From Phycisphaeraceae bacterium (GTDB lineage Bacteria > Planctomycetota > Phycisphaerae > Phycisphaerales > Zrk34): a DNA stretch of 26,523 bases. Where the stretch lies: NCBI GenBank assembly GCA_040905565.1, contig JBBDRF010000058.1, positions 1-26,523 on the forward strand. Reading direction: 5' to 3'. The notes below the pieces were generated by a model. It ran no database searches. It had not been told where the DNA came from and saw only the letters and a program-made list of their open reading frames with translations. A program made the translations under genes and the position numbers. How positions within the stretch are numbered: position 1 is the stretch's first letter; every line of letters starts with the position of its first letter. Positions 16,643-24,842 of this stretch are shown here, piece after piece.

Positions 16643-18787
16643 ATGAACCGCGATCGACTCATCCAACTTCTCGCCTTGATGCTGACGGCCGGCTGTCTGG
16701 TCGCAGCGGTGCTGTTGATGCCGACGATTAACCGGCAGCGGCGGGATTTGCAGTTGAGCTTTGATGTTGAAGTGGGCGATCGCGTCGACGCCCGTTATGC
16801 AATCACCGCCGCGGCGCTGGGCAGCTTTCGCGGCCTGGCGGTGGACATTCTCTGGTACCGGGCGGAGCAGCTTAAAAACGAGGGGAAGTTCTGGGAGGCC
16901 GCAACGCTGGCTGAATGGATCACGACGCTTCAGCCGCGATTTCCGCAGGTGTGGGCGTTCCATGCGTGGAACATGGCGTACAACATTTCCGTGCAGACCC
17001 ACACGCCCGAGGAGCGGTGGAACTGGGTCAACAAAGGCATTCGCCTACTGCGTGAGGAAGGTATTCCGAACAACCCGACAGCCATTCGGCTTTACCGCGA
17101 GTTGGGGTGGATTTTCTTCCACAAGATGGGCCAGTACACCGACGACATGCACTGGTTTTACAAGCTGAAACTGGCGGAGGAATGGCAGGAGGTGCTAGGC
17201 ACGCCGACGCAGGGCGCCGACGGCGAGCAGGCGGCGCGGAACTTCATGCCCATCGCTCAGGCAGCCGACCGCTACGTGCAGCTTGATCGGCCATCGCGCG
17301 CGATGCGCGAGCAGTTCCGGACATTGGCGGAGCAACAGCCGCGCTATGCCGATGATCTGGCCGACTTCACGCGCCGCGGGCTGGTGCAGTTCACCGACCG
17401 GGGTCCGGCGTTAGCGGAAACGATGCGGCAAAACGGCGACCGTCGCGCGGCCGAGCAGGTTGAAGCCACGCTCGACACGGCTCGGCAGCGGCTTCGGCGA
17501 GCGTCAAGCGATCCGCTGTCGCTGCTGTATGAAGACGTGCCCTCGGTGCGGCAGGTGGTTCAGCAGTTGCGGGCCCTCGGCATGGATGCGGACGAAACGA
17601 CGCTGCGCCGGATCGGCCGCATTGAAATGTACCTGATGTATGTTCCGGCTCAGACGCTGATGGAACAGGGGCAGGCACTGCTTGGGATGGATGAGCAGGA
17701 GGCGCAGCTCGTGCGCGTGCTGATGAATGTTGAGCACCGCGCGGGCGTACAGGCCCTTCTGGCTTACCTGCGGGCGCGGGCACTGGTGCGCCACTACCAC
17801 ATGGACCCGGTGTTCATGCTCCAGCTCATGGAAGACTTCGGGCCGGTCGATTGGCGCCACCCGGCTTCGCACGGGGTGTACTGGTCGGCCATGGGCGTGG
17901 ATCGCATTCGCGACGTCCGCGATCGCAGCGACATCGATCTTCTCAACACCAACCGCCAGGTGATTCATGGCCTCCAGGCACTGATGCGCACCGGGCGCAT
18001 CAACTTCGACCCGTTTGCCGGCCAGGTGGATCTCATGCCCGAGCCGGCCTTCATTCCCGCGTACGAACAGGCGATGTTCGACGCGGAAGAACGCGCTGAG
18101 CAGATGGGCTTCGGCAGCGTCGGCACGATCGAAACCTTCGAGTCGGGTCACGAGAACTTCCTGCTGACTGCGATCGTCTACAGCTACCTCTATGGCGAAG
18201 AAGGCAACGCCAGGGAATATTACAGCCGCGTTCGCGAGTTGTACGGCGATCAACCGCACAACGCTGCCTCGGGCCGATACCGCCAGACGCTCGACGACCT
18301 CGTGGTCCAGTTGCTCAGCGAAGATGGCACGCAGTTGCATCAGGCCCGGCAGTTCGTCGACAGCATGATCACCAATGCCCTGACGCGCGGGCTGGCCCAT
18401 GGCCGCATGGATGTGTTCAACCGCTTCATGACCGTGGCCCGCGGCGGTTATGATCGCTACCAGGCCGAGCGTGGCACGAACGCCAACCCCAACGCACCGA
18501 GCGCGCGGCTAGGCATGGGGCGCAGCTTCCGCGACACGTTCAACAATACCTACGTCAACTTCATGCGGGCGCCAGGCACGTCACTGATCGAGCGGTCGCG
18601 GGTGTACATGAACACCCCCACCGGGGTGCAGCGCGAGACGTTCCCACAGTTCCGCACAGAGGTGTATCAGCAGGCCGAGCAGGCGGGCTTTGATGCCGAG
18701 CGAGCTTTCCCGCCGCCACCCGATGTCGACGCGGACGAGCTGCGGCGCGAGCAGGAACAGGTGCCCGACACGGTCGAACGGCAGTAG
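16643..18787 (+). CDS. Membrane-anchored alpha-helical hypothetical protein
   Basis: 714 aa with an N-terminal hydrophobic helix. The Trp-rich block LGSFRGLAVDILW...LQPRFPQVWAFHAWNMAYNIS resembles, from memory, a PVC-superphylum family of unknown function. Confidence 0.8.
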   Translation: MNRDRLIQLLALMLTAGCLVAAVLLMPTINRQRRDLQLSFDVEVGDRVDARYAITAAALGSFRGLAVDILWYRAEQLKNEGKFWEAATLAEWITTLQPRFPQVWAFHAWNMAYNISVQTHTPEERWNWVNKGIRLLREEGIPNNPTAIRLYRELGWIFFHKMGQYTDDMHWFYKLKLAEEWQEVLGTPTQGADGEQAARNFMPIAQAADRYVQLDRPSRAMREQFRTLAEQQPRYADDLADFTRRGLVQFTDRGPALAETMRQNGDRRAAEQVEATLDTARQRLRRASSDPLSLLYEDVPSVRQVVQQLRALGMDADETTLRRIGRIEMYLMYVPAQTLMEQGQALLGMDEQEAQLVRVLMNVEHRAGVQALLAYLRARALVRHYHMDPVFMLQLMEDFGPVDWRHPASHGVYWSAMGVDRIRDVRDRSDIDLLNTNRQVIHGLQALMRTGRINFDPFAGQVDLMPEPAFIPAYEQAMFDAEERAEQMGFGSVGTIETFESGHENFLLTAIVYSYLYGEEGNAREYYSRVRELYGDQPHNAASGRYRQTLDDLVVQLLSEDGTQLHQARQFVDSMITNALTRGLAHGRMDVFNRFMTVARGGYDRYQAERGTNANPNAPSARLGMGRSFRDTFNNTYVNFMRAPGTSLIERSRVYMNTPTGVQRETFPQFRTEVYQQAEQAGFDAERAFPPPPDVDADELRREQEQVPDTVERQ

Positions 18788-18838
18788 TTCGGCCGACGGG
18801 GCGCTTGGCACCTGCCTGTGCATGCGTCGCATCGCAGC

Positions 18839-18844
18839 TACAAT
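18839..18844 (+). promoter_or_regulatory. Putative -10 element for tsaB-der (leaderless)
   Basis: TACAAT, then 6 nt, then the ATG at 18851. Confidence 0.6.
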
Positions 18845-18850
18845 GCCGCG

Positions 18851-19573
18851 ATGCGCCACGACCCGGTGTTCAACATTGCCATCGAGACCGCCAGCCGACA
18901 GGGCTCGCTGACGCTGGGGCGCGGCGATGCGCTGCTGGCCAGCGTGGACCTGCCGGTGCAGCGGCGGCATCGCGTGGGGCTGTTGCCGGGCATTGCGTCG
19001 CTGTGTGCGGAGCATGACGTCGAGCCCGAGCAGCTTGATGAAGTATATGTCTCACTGGGGCCAGGCTCGTTCACGGGCCTTCGCGTGGCGATGACCGGCG
19101 CGATTGCGTTGAGCGTGGCTCGATCATTGCGCCTGGTGGGCGTGCCGACACTGGATGTGGTCGCGCGGAACACGCCGGCCGGGCACCAGCGGGTGGCGGT
19201 CTGCCTGAACGTGAAGCGTGAAACCGCGTGGTGCGGCGTGTTTGAAAGGCAAGGCGCGGGTTGGACGGCCACGGTTGAGCCGGCGTTGCGGACCTTGGAC
19301 GAACTGTTCAAGGTAGCGGCACGGCCAGTAGCGCTGGTGGGCGATCCGCTGCCGGCGTTGCCCGATCCGCTGCCAGGCGGGGTGACGGTGTTGCCGGCGT
19401 CGCACGCGAGGCCGCGTGCCGAAGCCGTGTGGCGGATCGGCCGCGAGCGGGCGAGCGAAGACCGATACACGCCCTCGACTGCCCTTGCTCCGATTTATGC
19501 CCGGCCGCCGGAAGCGGTCACCTTGTGGGACCAACGTCACGGCTCGCCCGACGCCACCATCGCTCAGAACTAG
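18851..19573 (+). CDS. tsaB: tRNA threonylcarbamoyladenosine biosynthesis protein TsaB
   Basis: IAIETAS, GPGSFTGLRV, VGVPTL and PIYAR motifs; start at MRHDP. Confidence 0.92.
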   Translation: MRHDPVFNIAIETASRQGSLTLGRGDALLASVDLPVQRRHRVGLLPGIASLCAEHDVEPEQLDEVYVSLGPGSFTGLRVAMTGAIALSVARSLRLVGVPTLDVVARNTPAGHQRVAVCLNVKRETAWCGVFERQGAGWTATVEPALRTLDELFKVAARPVALVGDPLPALPDPLPGGVTVLPASHARPRAEAVWRIGRERASEDRYTPSTALAPIYARPPEAVTLWDQRHGSPDATIAQN

Positions 19574-19600
19574 AAACCCGAAACTCGAAACCAGAAACGC
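19573..19600. repeat. Heptamer tandem array (GAAACNN)x4
   Basis: GAAACCC GAAACTC GAAACCA GAAACGC fills most of the tsaB-der gap. Confidence 0.8.
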
Positions 19601-19606
19601 ACGCTT

Positions 19607-20998
19607 ATGTTGCCTCGAATTGTCATCGTGGGCCGACCGAATGTCGGCAAGTCCAGTCTATTGAACATGCTCGCCGGTCGACGCGTGAGCATCGTCGACC
19701 CCACGGCCGGCGTGACGCGCGATCGCATCAGCACGCTCGTTGAAATCCCCCAGGCCGGGCGAAACGCCCCCCCTCGGCACGTGGAGCTGATCGACACCGG
19801 CGGCTATGGCGTGGAAGACGTGCAGCAGCTTACGGCGGACATCGAACGGCAGATCACGCGCGGCCTCGCCGACGCCGACCTGGTGCTGTTCGTGGTGGAT
19901 GCCCAGAGCGGGCTGCTGCCGTTGGATTACACCGTTGCAAAGCTGCTGCGTAGCGAGGCAGCGCAGCAGGTCGGCCGCGCGGGCGGTCGACCGGTCCTGC
20001 TGGTCACGAACAAGGTCGACGCCGAGAAGCACGAAGCCGAGGCGTTTGAGACGATGAAGCTCGGCTTCGGCGCGCCGGTGATGATCTCCGCCAATACGGG
20101 GCACAACAAGCACGAATTGTACGAGCGCATTCGCGAGCATATCGACTTTGACCGCTACGAAGAAACCGGCGACCCGACGAGCCGTGAACAAACGGGCATG
20201 CTGCTGGCGATGGTGGGCAAGCGCAATGCCGGCAAGAGCACGCTGGTCAATGCCCTGGCGGGTGATGAGCGTGTCATCGTGTCGGAGCAGGAAGGCACGA
20301 CGCGCGACTCGGTCGACGTGCGGATCGAGGTGCACGGCCAGGTGCTCACCGCCATCGACACGGCGGGCGTGCGCAAGCGCAAGAGCCTCGCGGACGACAT
20401 CGAGTTTTACTCGTACCACCGGTCCCTGCGCAGCATCCGCCGGGCGGACGTTTGCCTGCTGCTGGTCGACGCGACGGTCCCGACCAGCCAGGTGGACCAG
20501 CAACTGGTCACGGAAATTCTGCGTCACCATCGTCCGACGGTGATTGTGGTGAACAAATGGGACCTGGTGGAGAAGGAATACACGCAGGAGGAATACGTCG
20601 AATATCTCGACCAGTCGCTCAAGGCTTTGCCGTATGCCCCGGTCGCCTTTATCAGTGCCAAAGAAGGCGAGGGGATGCGCGAGATGCTCGCCATGGCGAT
20701 GAACCTCTACGAGCAGGCGAGCCATCGCGTCTCGACCAGTGAGATGAATCAGATCATCGAGCAGGTGATGAATGAGCGTGGCCCGAGCAGCAAGGGCGGC
20801 AAACGAGCGAAGATCTACTACGGCACGCAGACCGACGTCAGGCCACCCACCATCACGTTGTTTGTCAATGATCCCGAACTGTTCGATAACAACTACCAGC
20901 GGTTTTTGTTGAACCGCTTCCGCGACCTGCTGCCGTTCAGTGAAGTGCCCATTCACTTGCAGTTCCGACAGCGGGGTCGGCAGAAGCTGGAAGGGTGA
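19607..20998 (+). CDS. der: Ribosome biogenesis GTPase Der (EngA)
   Basis: Two G domains (GRPNVGKS/DTGG/NKVD and GKRNAGKS/DTAG/NKWD) and a KH-like C-terminus. Confidence 0.97.
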   Translation: MLPRIVIVGRPNVGKSSLLNMLAGRRVSIVDPTAGVTRDRISTLVEIPQAGRNAPPRHVELIDTGGYGVEDVQQLTADIERQITRGLADADLVLFVVDAQSGLLPLDYTVAKLLRSEAAQQVGRAGGRPVLLVTNKVDAEKHEAEAFETMKLGFGAPVMISANTGHNKHELYERIREHIDFDRYEETGDPTSREQTGMLLAMVGKRNAGKSTLVNALAGDERVIVSEQEGTTRDSVDVRIEVHGQVLTAIDTAGVRKRKSLADDIEFYSYHRSLRSIRRADVCLLLVDATVPTSQVDQQLVTEILRHHRPTVIVVNKWDLVEKEYTQEEYVEYLDQSLKALPYAPVAFISAKEGEGMREMLAMAMNLYEQASHRVSTSEMNQIIEQVMNERGPSSKGGKRAKIYYGTQTDVRPPTITLFVNDPELFDNNYQRFLLNRFRDLLPFSEVPIHLQFRQRGRQKLEG

Positions 20999-21017
20999 GG
21001 CGAGGGCGTTGAGCGAA

Positions 21018-22724
21018 TCAGAGGCCGTACTCGGACCAGCGCTGGTCGACGCGTTGGTTGATGGCGTCGGTCATGCGAAGGATTTCGGGGTAGTCGCGCA
21101 CGGGGTGGCCGTTCACTTCTTCGCCGGGGATTTTGGCGGTTGCGTCAAAGCCGATCTTGTGTCCCGCGCCGAGCCGAGGGGCAGCGTGGTCGAGAATGTC
21201 CAATGGCCCGTTGACGATTTCCACATCGCGGCCGGGATCGCAGTTCGCACAGAGGTGGAACAGAACCTGCTCGTGGTCGTGCACGTTCACGTCGTGATCG
21301 ACGACGACGATCAACTTGGTCCACGCCATCTGCCCCGCACCCCAGATCGCGTGCATGACGCGGCGAGCCTGCAGGGGATATTCCTTTTTAATCTTGATGA
21401 ATGCGCAGTTGTGAAATGCGCCAAACATGGGCAGGTCGTAGTCGATAATGTCGTGGACGATGGTTTTCAGCAGCGGAAGGAAGATGCGCTCGGTGGCTTT
21501 GCCTAGGTAGTAGTCTTCCTGCGGGGGTTGGCCGACGATGGTGGTCGGATAGATCGGCCCCCCGGAAGCGCGGGCGTGGGTGATGGCGGTGACAGTGAAA
21601 ATGGGGTAGCGGTCGGGCAGCGAGTAGAAACCCGTGTGATCGCCGAAGGGGCCTTCGAACACTTCGTGTTCAGGGTTCAGGCGGCGGGGGGCAGTGGTCA
21701 GGTGAGAGCGGCGGGGATCATAGTCGATCGGTCCGGCTTCGGTGGAGACGTAGCCTTCAATGACCAACTCGGCGTTGGCGGGCACATGCATGTCGATGGT
21801 TTTGCATTTGACCAGCTCGATGCCCTGGCTGTTGAGGAAGCCGGCGAACAGCAGTTCGCTGATGCCCGGCGGCAGCGGCGCGGTGGCGCAGTAGGGCAAG
21901 ACGCTTTCGCCACCGAGCACGATCGCGCACGGCATGCCCTCGGCAGCTTCGCCTTTCGCTTTCCACGCGCGCCAGTGCCGGGCGCCGTCGTGGTGCATGT
22001 GCCAGTGCATGGCGGTGCGTTTTTCGTCGATGAGCTGGGCGCGGTACATGCCGACGTTGCGCGTGGGGCGCGGCGTGCCCTCCGGCTTGCCGGCGTCGTC
22101 AGGATGGATGGTGTAGACACCGCCGAAGGTGATGTACCGCCCCTGCCCCTTCGCCGTGCCCGCCTCGTCGGGGCTGAGCGGATAACCCACCGCCTGCGGG
22201 TCGCCATCCAACGGCCAGCACTTGATCACCGGCAGCTCGAACAGGTTGATGTCATCCCCCGTCTTGACCACATCCTGGCATCGCCCGCGCTTGGCGTACT
22301 TCGGCGCGAACGAGGCGATCTTCGCCAGCTCCAGTCCCTTGCGCATCTTTTCCATCAGCCCCGTCGGCGGCTCGGGCTTGACCAAGGCCGCCACCTTGTC
22401 GGCCAGCGCCTTGAAGCCGCCGTCTTCACAGCCGAGCGCCATCTCCATGCGGCGATAGCTGCCGAAGGCATTGATCAGCAAGGGCATGCTCGCCCGGCCC
22501 TCGGGGGTTTCAACGTGCTCGAACAGCAGCGCCTTGCCGCCGAGACCGGCGTGGTGCGGATCAAAGCTGTGCGCGTGCTCGCTCACCCGGGCTGCCGGCG
22601 ACTTGCTCACGCGGTCGGCGATCGCGGTGATCTCCAACATCGACGAAACCTTCGCGGTGACGCGATGCAACTCACCCGCCCGATCCAGCGCGGCGATAAA
22701 TTCCTGCAAGGTGGCGTAAGGCAT
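21018..22724 (-). CDS. UbiD-family prFMN-dependent decarboxylase (probably the menaquinone-pathway subfamily)
   Basis: NVGMYR, MHWHMHHDGARH, EGPFGDHTGFYS, GQPPQED, LDILDHA and KIGFDAT; start at MPYATLQEF. Confidence 0.9.
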   Translation of the reverse strand: MPYATLQEFIAALDRAGELHRVTAKVSSMLEITAIADRVSKSPAARVSEHAHSFDPHHAGLGGKALLFEHVETPEGRASMPLLINAFGSYRRMEMALGCEDGGFKALADKVAALVKPEPPTGLMEKMRKGLELAKIASFAPKYAKRGRCQDVVKTGDDINLFELPVIKCWPLDGDPQAVGYPLSPDEAGTAKGQGRYITFGGVYTIHPDDAGKPEGTPRPTRNVGMYRAQLIDEKRTAMHWHMHHDGARHWRAWKAKGEAAEGMPCAIVLGGESVLPYCATAPLPPGISELLFAGFLNSQGIELVKCKTIDMHVPANAELVIEGYVSTEAGPIDYDPRRSHLTTAPRRLNPEHEVFEGPFGDHTGFYSLPDRYPIFTVTAITHARASGGPIYPTTIVGQPPQEDYYLGKATERIFLPLLKTIVHDIIDYDLPMFGAFHNCAFIKIKKEYPLQARRVMHAIWGAGQMAWTKLIVVVDHDVNVHDHEQVLFHLCANCDPGRDVEIVNGPLDILDHAAPRLGAGHKIGFDATAKIPGEEVNGHPVRDYPEILRMTDAINQRVDQRWSEYGL

Positions 22725-22731
22725 GATGCAG

Positions 22732-22737
22732 ATGATA
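22732..22737 (-). promoter_or_regulatory. Putative -10 element for the UbiD-family gene (leaderless)
   Basis: Minus strand TATCAT, 7 nt before the ATG at 22724. Confidence 0.55.
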
Positions 22738-22797
22738 AGCCATCGCGAGATTGAGCGCAATCGCGCGAGCACGGTGGCTCAGGTCGCATGCTCCGAC

Positions 22798-22962
22798 TCC
22801 CTCTCCCTGCGAGGGAGAGGGCTGGGGTGAGGGTGCAGCGTTCCGCAGTCACTGGTGCACAGCATGCTGTCGACGCTTGGGCCGTTGCACAGCCTGCTGA
22901 GTACACATGCGGCGGGGGCGTTTTCACCCTCACCCTAACCCTCTCCCTGAGAGGGAGAGGGA
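22798..22962. repeat. REP-like/MITE-like element with 38-bp inverted ends
   Basis: 22798-22835 and the reverse complement of 22925-22962 match at 33/38; each end holds the hairpin CCCTCTCCCT-nnn-AGGGAGAGGG. Confidence 0.85.
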
Positions 22963-22963
22963 A

Positions 22964-23773
22964 CTACTTGCCCAGTTCGCTGGAACGCGTCGCGGCCGCT
23001 TTGATCGCGTTGGTGAGGGTCGCCAGCGCGTCGTGGCTGTCCAGATGCTTGATCGCCGCTTCGGTCGTGCCGCCAGGGCTGGTGACCTTCCGGCGAAGGG
23101 CGGCCGCCGCGTCGGGGGACTCGGCCAGCAGTGCGGCCGCGCCCTGCAAGGTCTGCGCGACCAGCAGTTCCGCGTGTTCCGCCAAGCCCAAGTCGCGTGC
23201 GGCCTGCTCCATCGCCTCGGCGAGGTAGAAGACGTACGCCGGCCCCGACCCGGAGACGGCGGTGATCGCGTCCATCTGCGATTCGTCCACGCGGATCGCC
23301 CGCCCGCCCGCCTCGAACAGCTTCATCGCCAGGGCGTCGTCGCCCTTGTTCGCGTTCGGCCCCAGCGCGATCGCCGACATCCCCCGGCCCACCAGCATCG
23401 GCGTGTTCGGCATCACGCGCACCAGCCGAAGCGACCGCCCCACGGCCTGTTCAATCTTCGCCGCCCGCAGGCCCGCCATGATCGAGATCACCACGTGGGC
23501 GTCGGTCAATGCCTCGGCCAGCTCGCCGGCAATCTTCGGCAGCGTCTGCGGCTTCACCGCCAGCACCACCTGCTCGCTCGCCGACACCGCTTCGCCGACT
23601 GTTTCGGCCGTATGCATCCCTAACGATGCGAATACCTCGCGCCGCTCGGCACTGGGGTCCGCGGCGACGATCTCGCTCGGCTGAAGCACGGCTTTGTGGA
23701 TCGCCGAGCGCGCGATCGCCTCGGCCATGTTGCCGGCTCCGACGAATGCGAGTTTGTGTCGTGATTCGCTCAT
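22964..23773 (-). CDS. proC: Pyrroline-5-carboxylate reductase
   Basis: GAGNMA, LAVKPQ, RVMPNTP, SGSGPAY and VTSPGGTT. Confidence 0.97.
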   Translation of the reverse strand: MSESRHKLAFVGAGNMAEAIARSAIHKAVLQPSEIVAADPSAERREVFASLGMHTAETVGEAVSASEQVVLAVKPQTLPKIAGELAEALTDAHVVISIMAGLRAAKIEQAVGRSLRLVRVMPNTPMLVGRGMSAIALGPNANKGDDALAMKLFEAGGRAIRVDESQMDAITAVSGSGPAYVFYLAEAMEQAARDLGLAEHAELLVAQTLQGAAALLAESPDAAAALRRKVTSPGGTTEAAIKHLDSHDALATLTNAIKAAATRSSELGK

Positions 23774-23787
23774 GCCATGATTCCTGG

Positions 23788-24678
23788 TCAGCTTGTCGTC
23801 GAGTCCGCGCCTTCGCGATACGAGAGCCAGTCGTCGCGCGTTTGACGAGCATGTTCAAGCATGGCGATCAGGCCCGTGCGGTCCCCGCGGTCGAGCACGT
23901 CGATGAAGCGGTCCAACCGATGGCCGAGCGAGTTGAGCGCTTCGATGACCTGTTCCCGGTTGGCCATGAGAATGTCGGCCCGCATGGGCGGGTTGCTTGA
24001 CGCAAGGCGGGTCGTGTCGCGGAAGCCGGTGGAGGCAATGTCCCACCCGCCGCGCTCGGCTGCGACGAGAACGAGCAGCACCGCCATGGCGTGCGGAAGG
24101 TGGCTGATGGTCGCGGTCTGCACGTCGTGTTCGTAAGCCGACATGCGCACCAGCGTCATGCCGAGGCTTTGCCACAGCGCTTCAACGGTGGCCAGCGCCT
24201 CTTCGTCCGTATCGTTGCCGGGGGTGATGATGCACGGCTTGCCCTGGCACAGATCGGCTTGCGCCCCCTCGGGCCCCTGCTGCTCCGACCCCGCCATCGG
24301 ATGAGCGCCGACGAAACGTCCCGGCTGCTTCAGATGCTGCCGGGCCGACGCGAGCACGCCCAGCTTGGTCGAGCCGACGTCGGTGATGATCAGGCGATCA
24401 TGCTCGTGCTCGGCGATCTGCTGGAACATGCGGTCGAACTGGCCCAGCGGCACGGCGATGATGGCCAGCTGGCTGCCTTGCAGCGCTTCGCCGATGTCGG
24501 TCGTGCCATGGTCGATTGCGCCGCGTTGCTTGGCAGCGGCGAGTGTTTCGCTGCTGCGGGCGAGGCCGACGATGCGTCCGGTGTAGCCGGCGGCCTTGAG
24601 GCCCAGTCCCACGCTCGCCCCCAGCAGCCCGACGCCGAGAATCGCCACCTGATCCAGTTGCCTGATGCGGTCATCCAT
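23788..24678 (-). CDS. tyrA: Prephenate/arogenate dehydrogenase
   Basis: GVGLLGAS, TDVGSTK, HPMAGSE, SHLPH and GFRDTTRLA; start at MDDRI with AAGGGG upstream. Confidence 0.92.
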   Translation of the reverse strand: MDDRIRQLDQVAILGVGLLGASVGLGLKAAGYTGRIVGLARSSETLAAAKQRGAIDHGTTDIGEALQGSQLAIIAVPLGQFDRMFQQIAEHEHDRLIITDVGSTKLGVLASARQHLKQPGRFVGAHPMAGSEQQGPEGAQADLCQGKPCIITPGNDTDEEALATVEALWQSLGMTLVRMSAYEHDVQTATISHLPHAMAVLLVLVAAERGGWDIASTGFRDTTRLASSNPPMRADILMANREQVIEALNSLGHRLDRFIDVLDRGDRTGLIAMLEHARQTRDDWLSYREGADSTTS

Positions 24679-24725
24679 GCGGTTGCCCCTTGTGCCGATT
24701 GGTCGGTACGATAACAGGTTTACAG

Positions 24726-24834
24726 GAAGGGGCCGAGTGGCCAACGAGCCCCGGGACCGAGTGAAGTGACACCGTCCCGTTGGCGCGCCACTTGCCCCCT
24801 TGGCCCCTTGATCCCCCGGCCCCTTGGCCCCTTT
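24726..24834. repeat. Inverted pair of octamer arrays (consensus GCCCCTTG)
   Basis: Six units at 24787-24834 (GCCACTTG CCCCCTTG GCCCCTTG ATCCCCCG GCCCCTTG GCCCCTTT) and about five degenerate complementary units at 24726-24765. Confidence 0.7.
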
Positions 24835-24842
24835 TAACCACC

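Noticed and set aside
16643..16710. Lipoprotein signal (LTAGC) in the 714-aa protein
   Set aside because: Weak lipobox and the hydrophobic stretch continues after the Cys, which fits a TM anchor better.
7109..20956. Long opposite-strand ORFs (e.g. 7109-8521, 8308-9897, 13323-14825, 15047-17002, 19658-20956)
   Set aside because: They overlap well-supported genes and have no motifs; expected in high-GC DNA.
903..20998. A single tRNA-modification operon (mnmG, sua5, tsaB, der) functionally linked to the membrane module
   Set aside because: Different strands and apparently separate promoters; the clustering cannot be told from chance using this window.
7282..24834. CRISPR array
   Set aside because: The repeats are contiguous 7-8-mers or isolated inverted pairs, with no repeat-spacer pattern and no cas genes.
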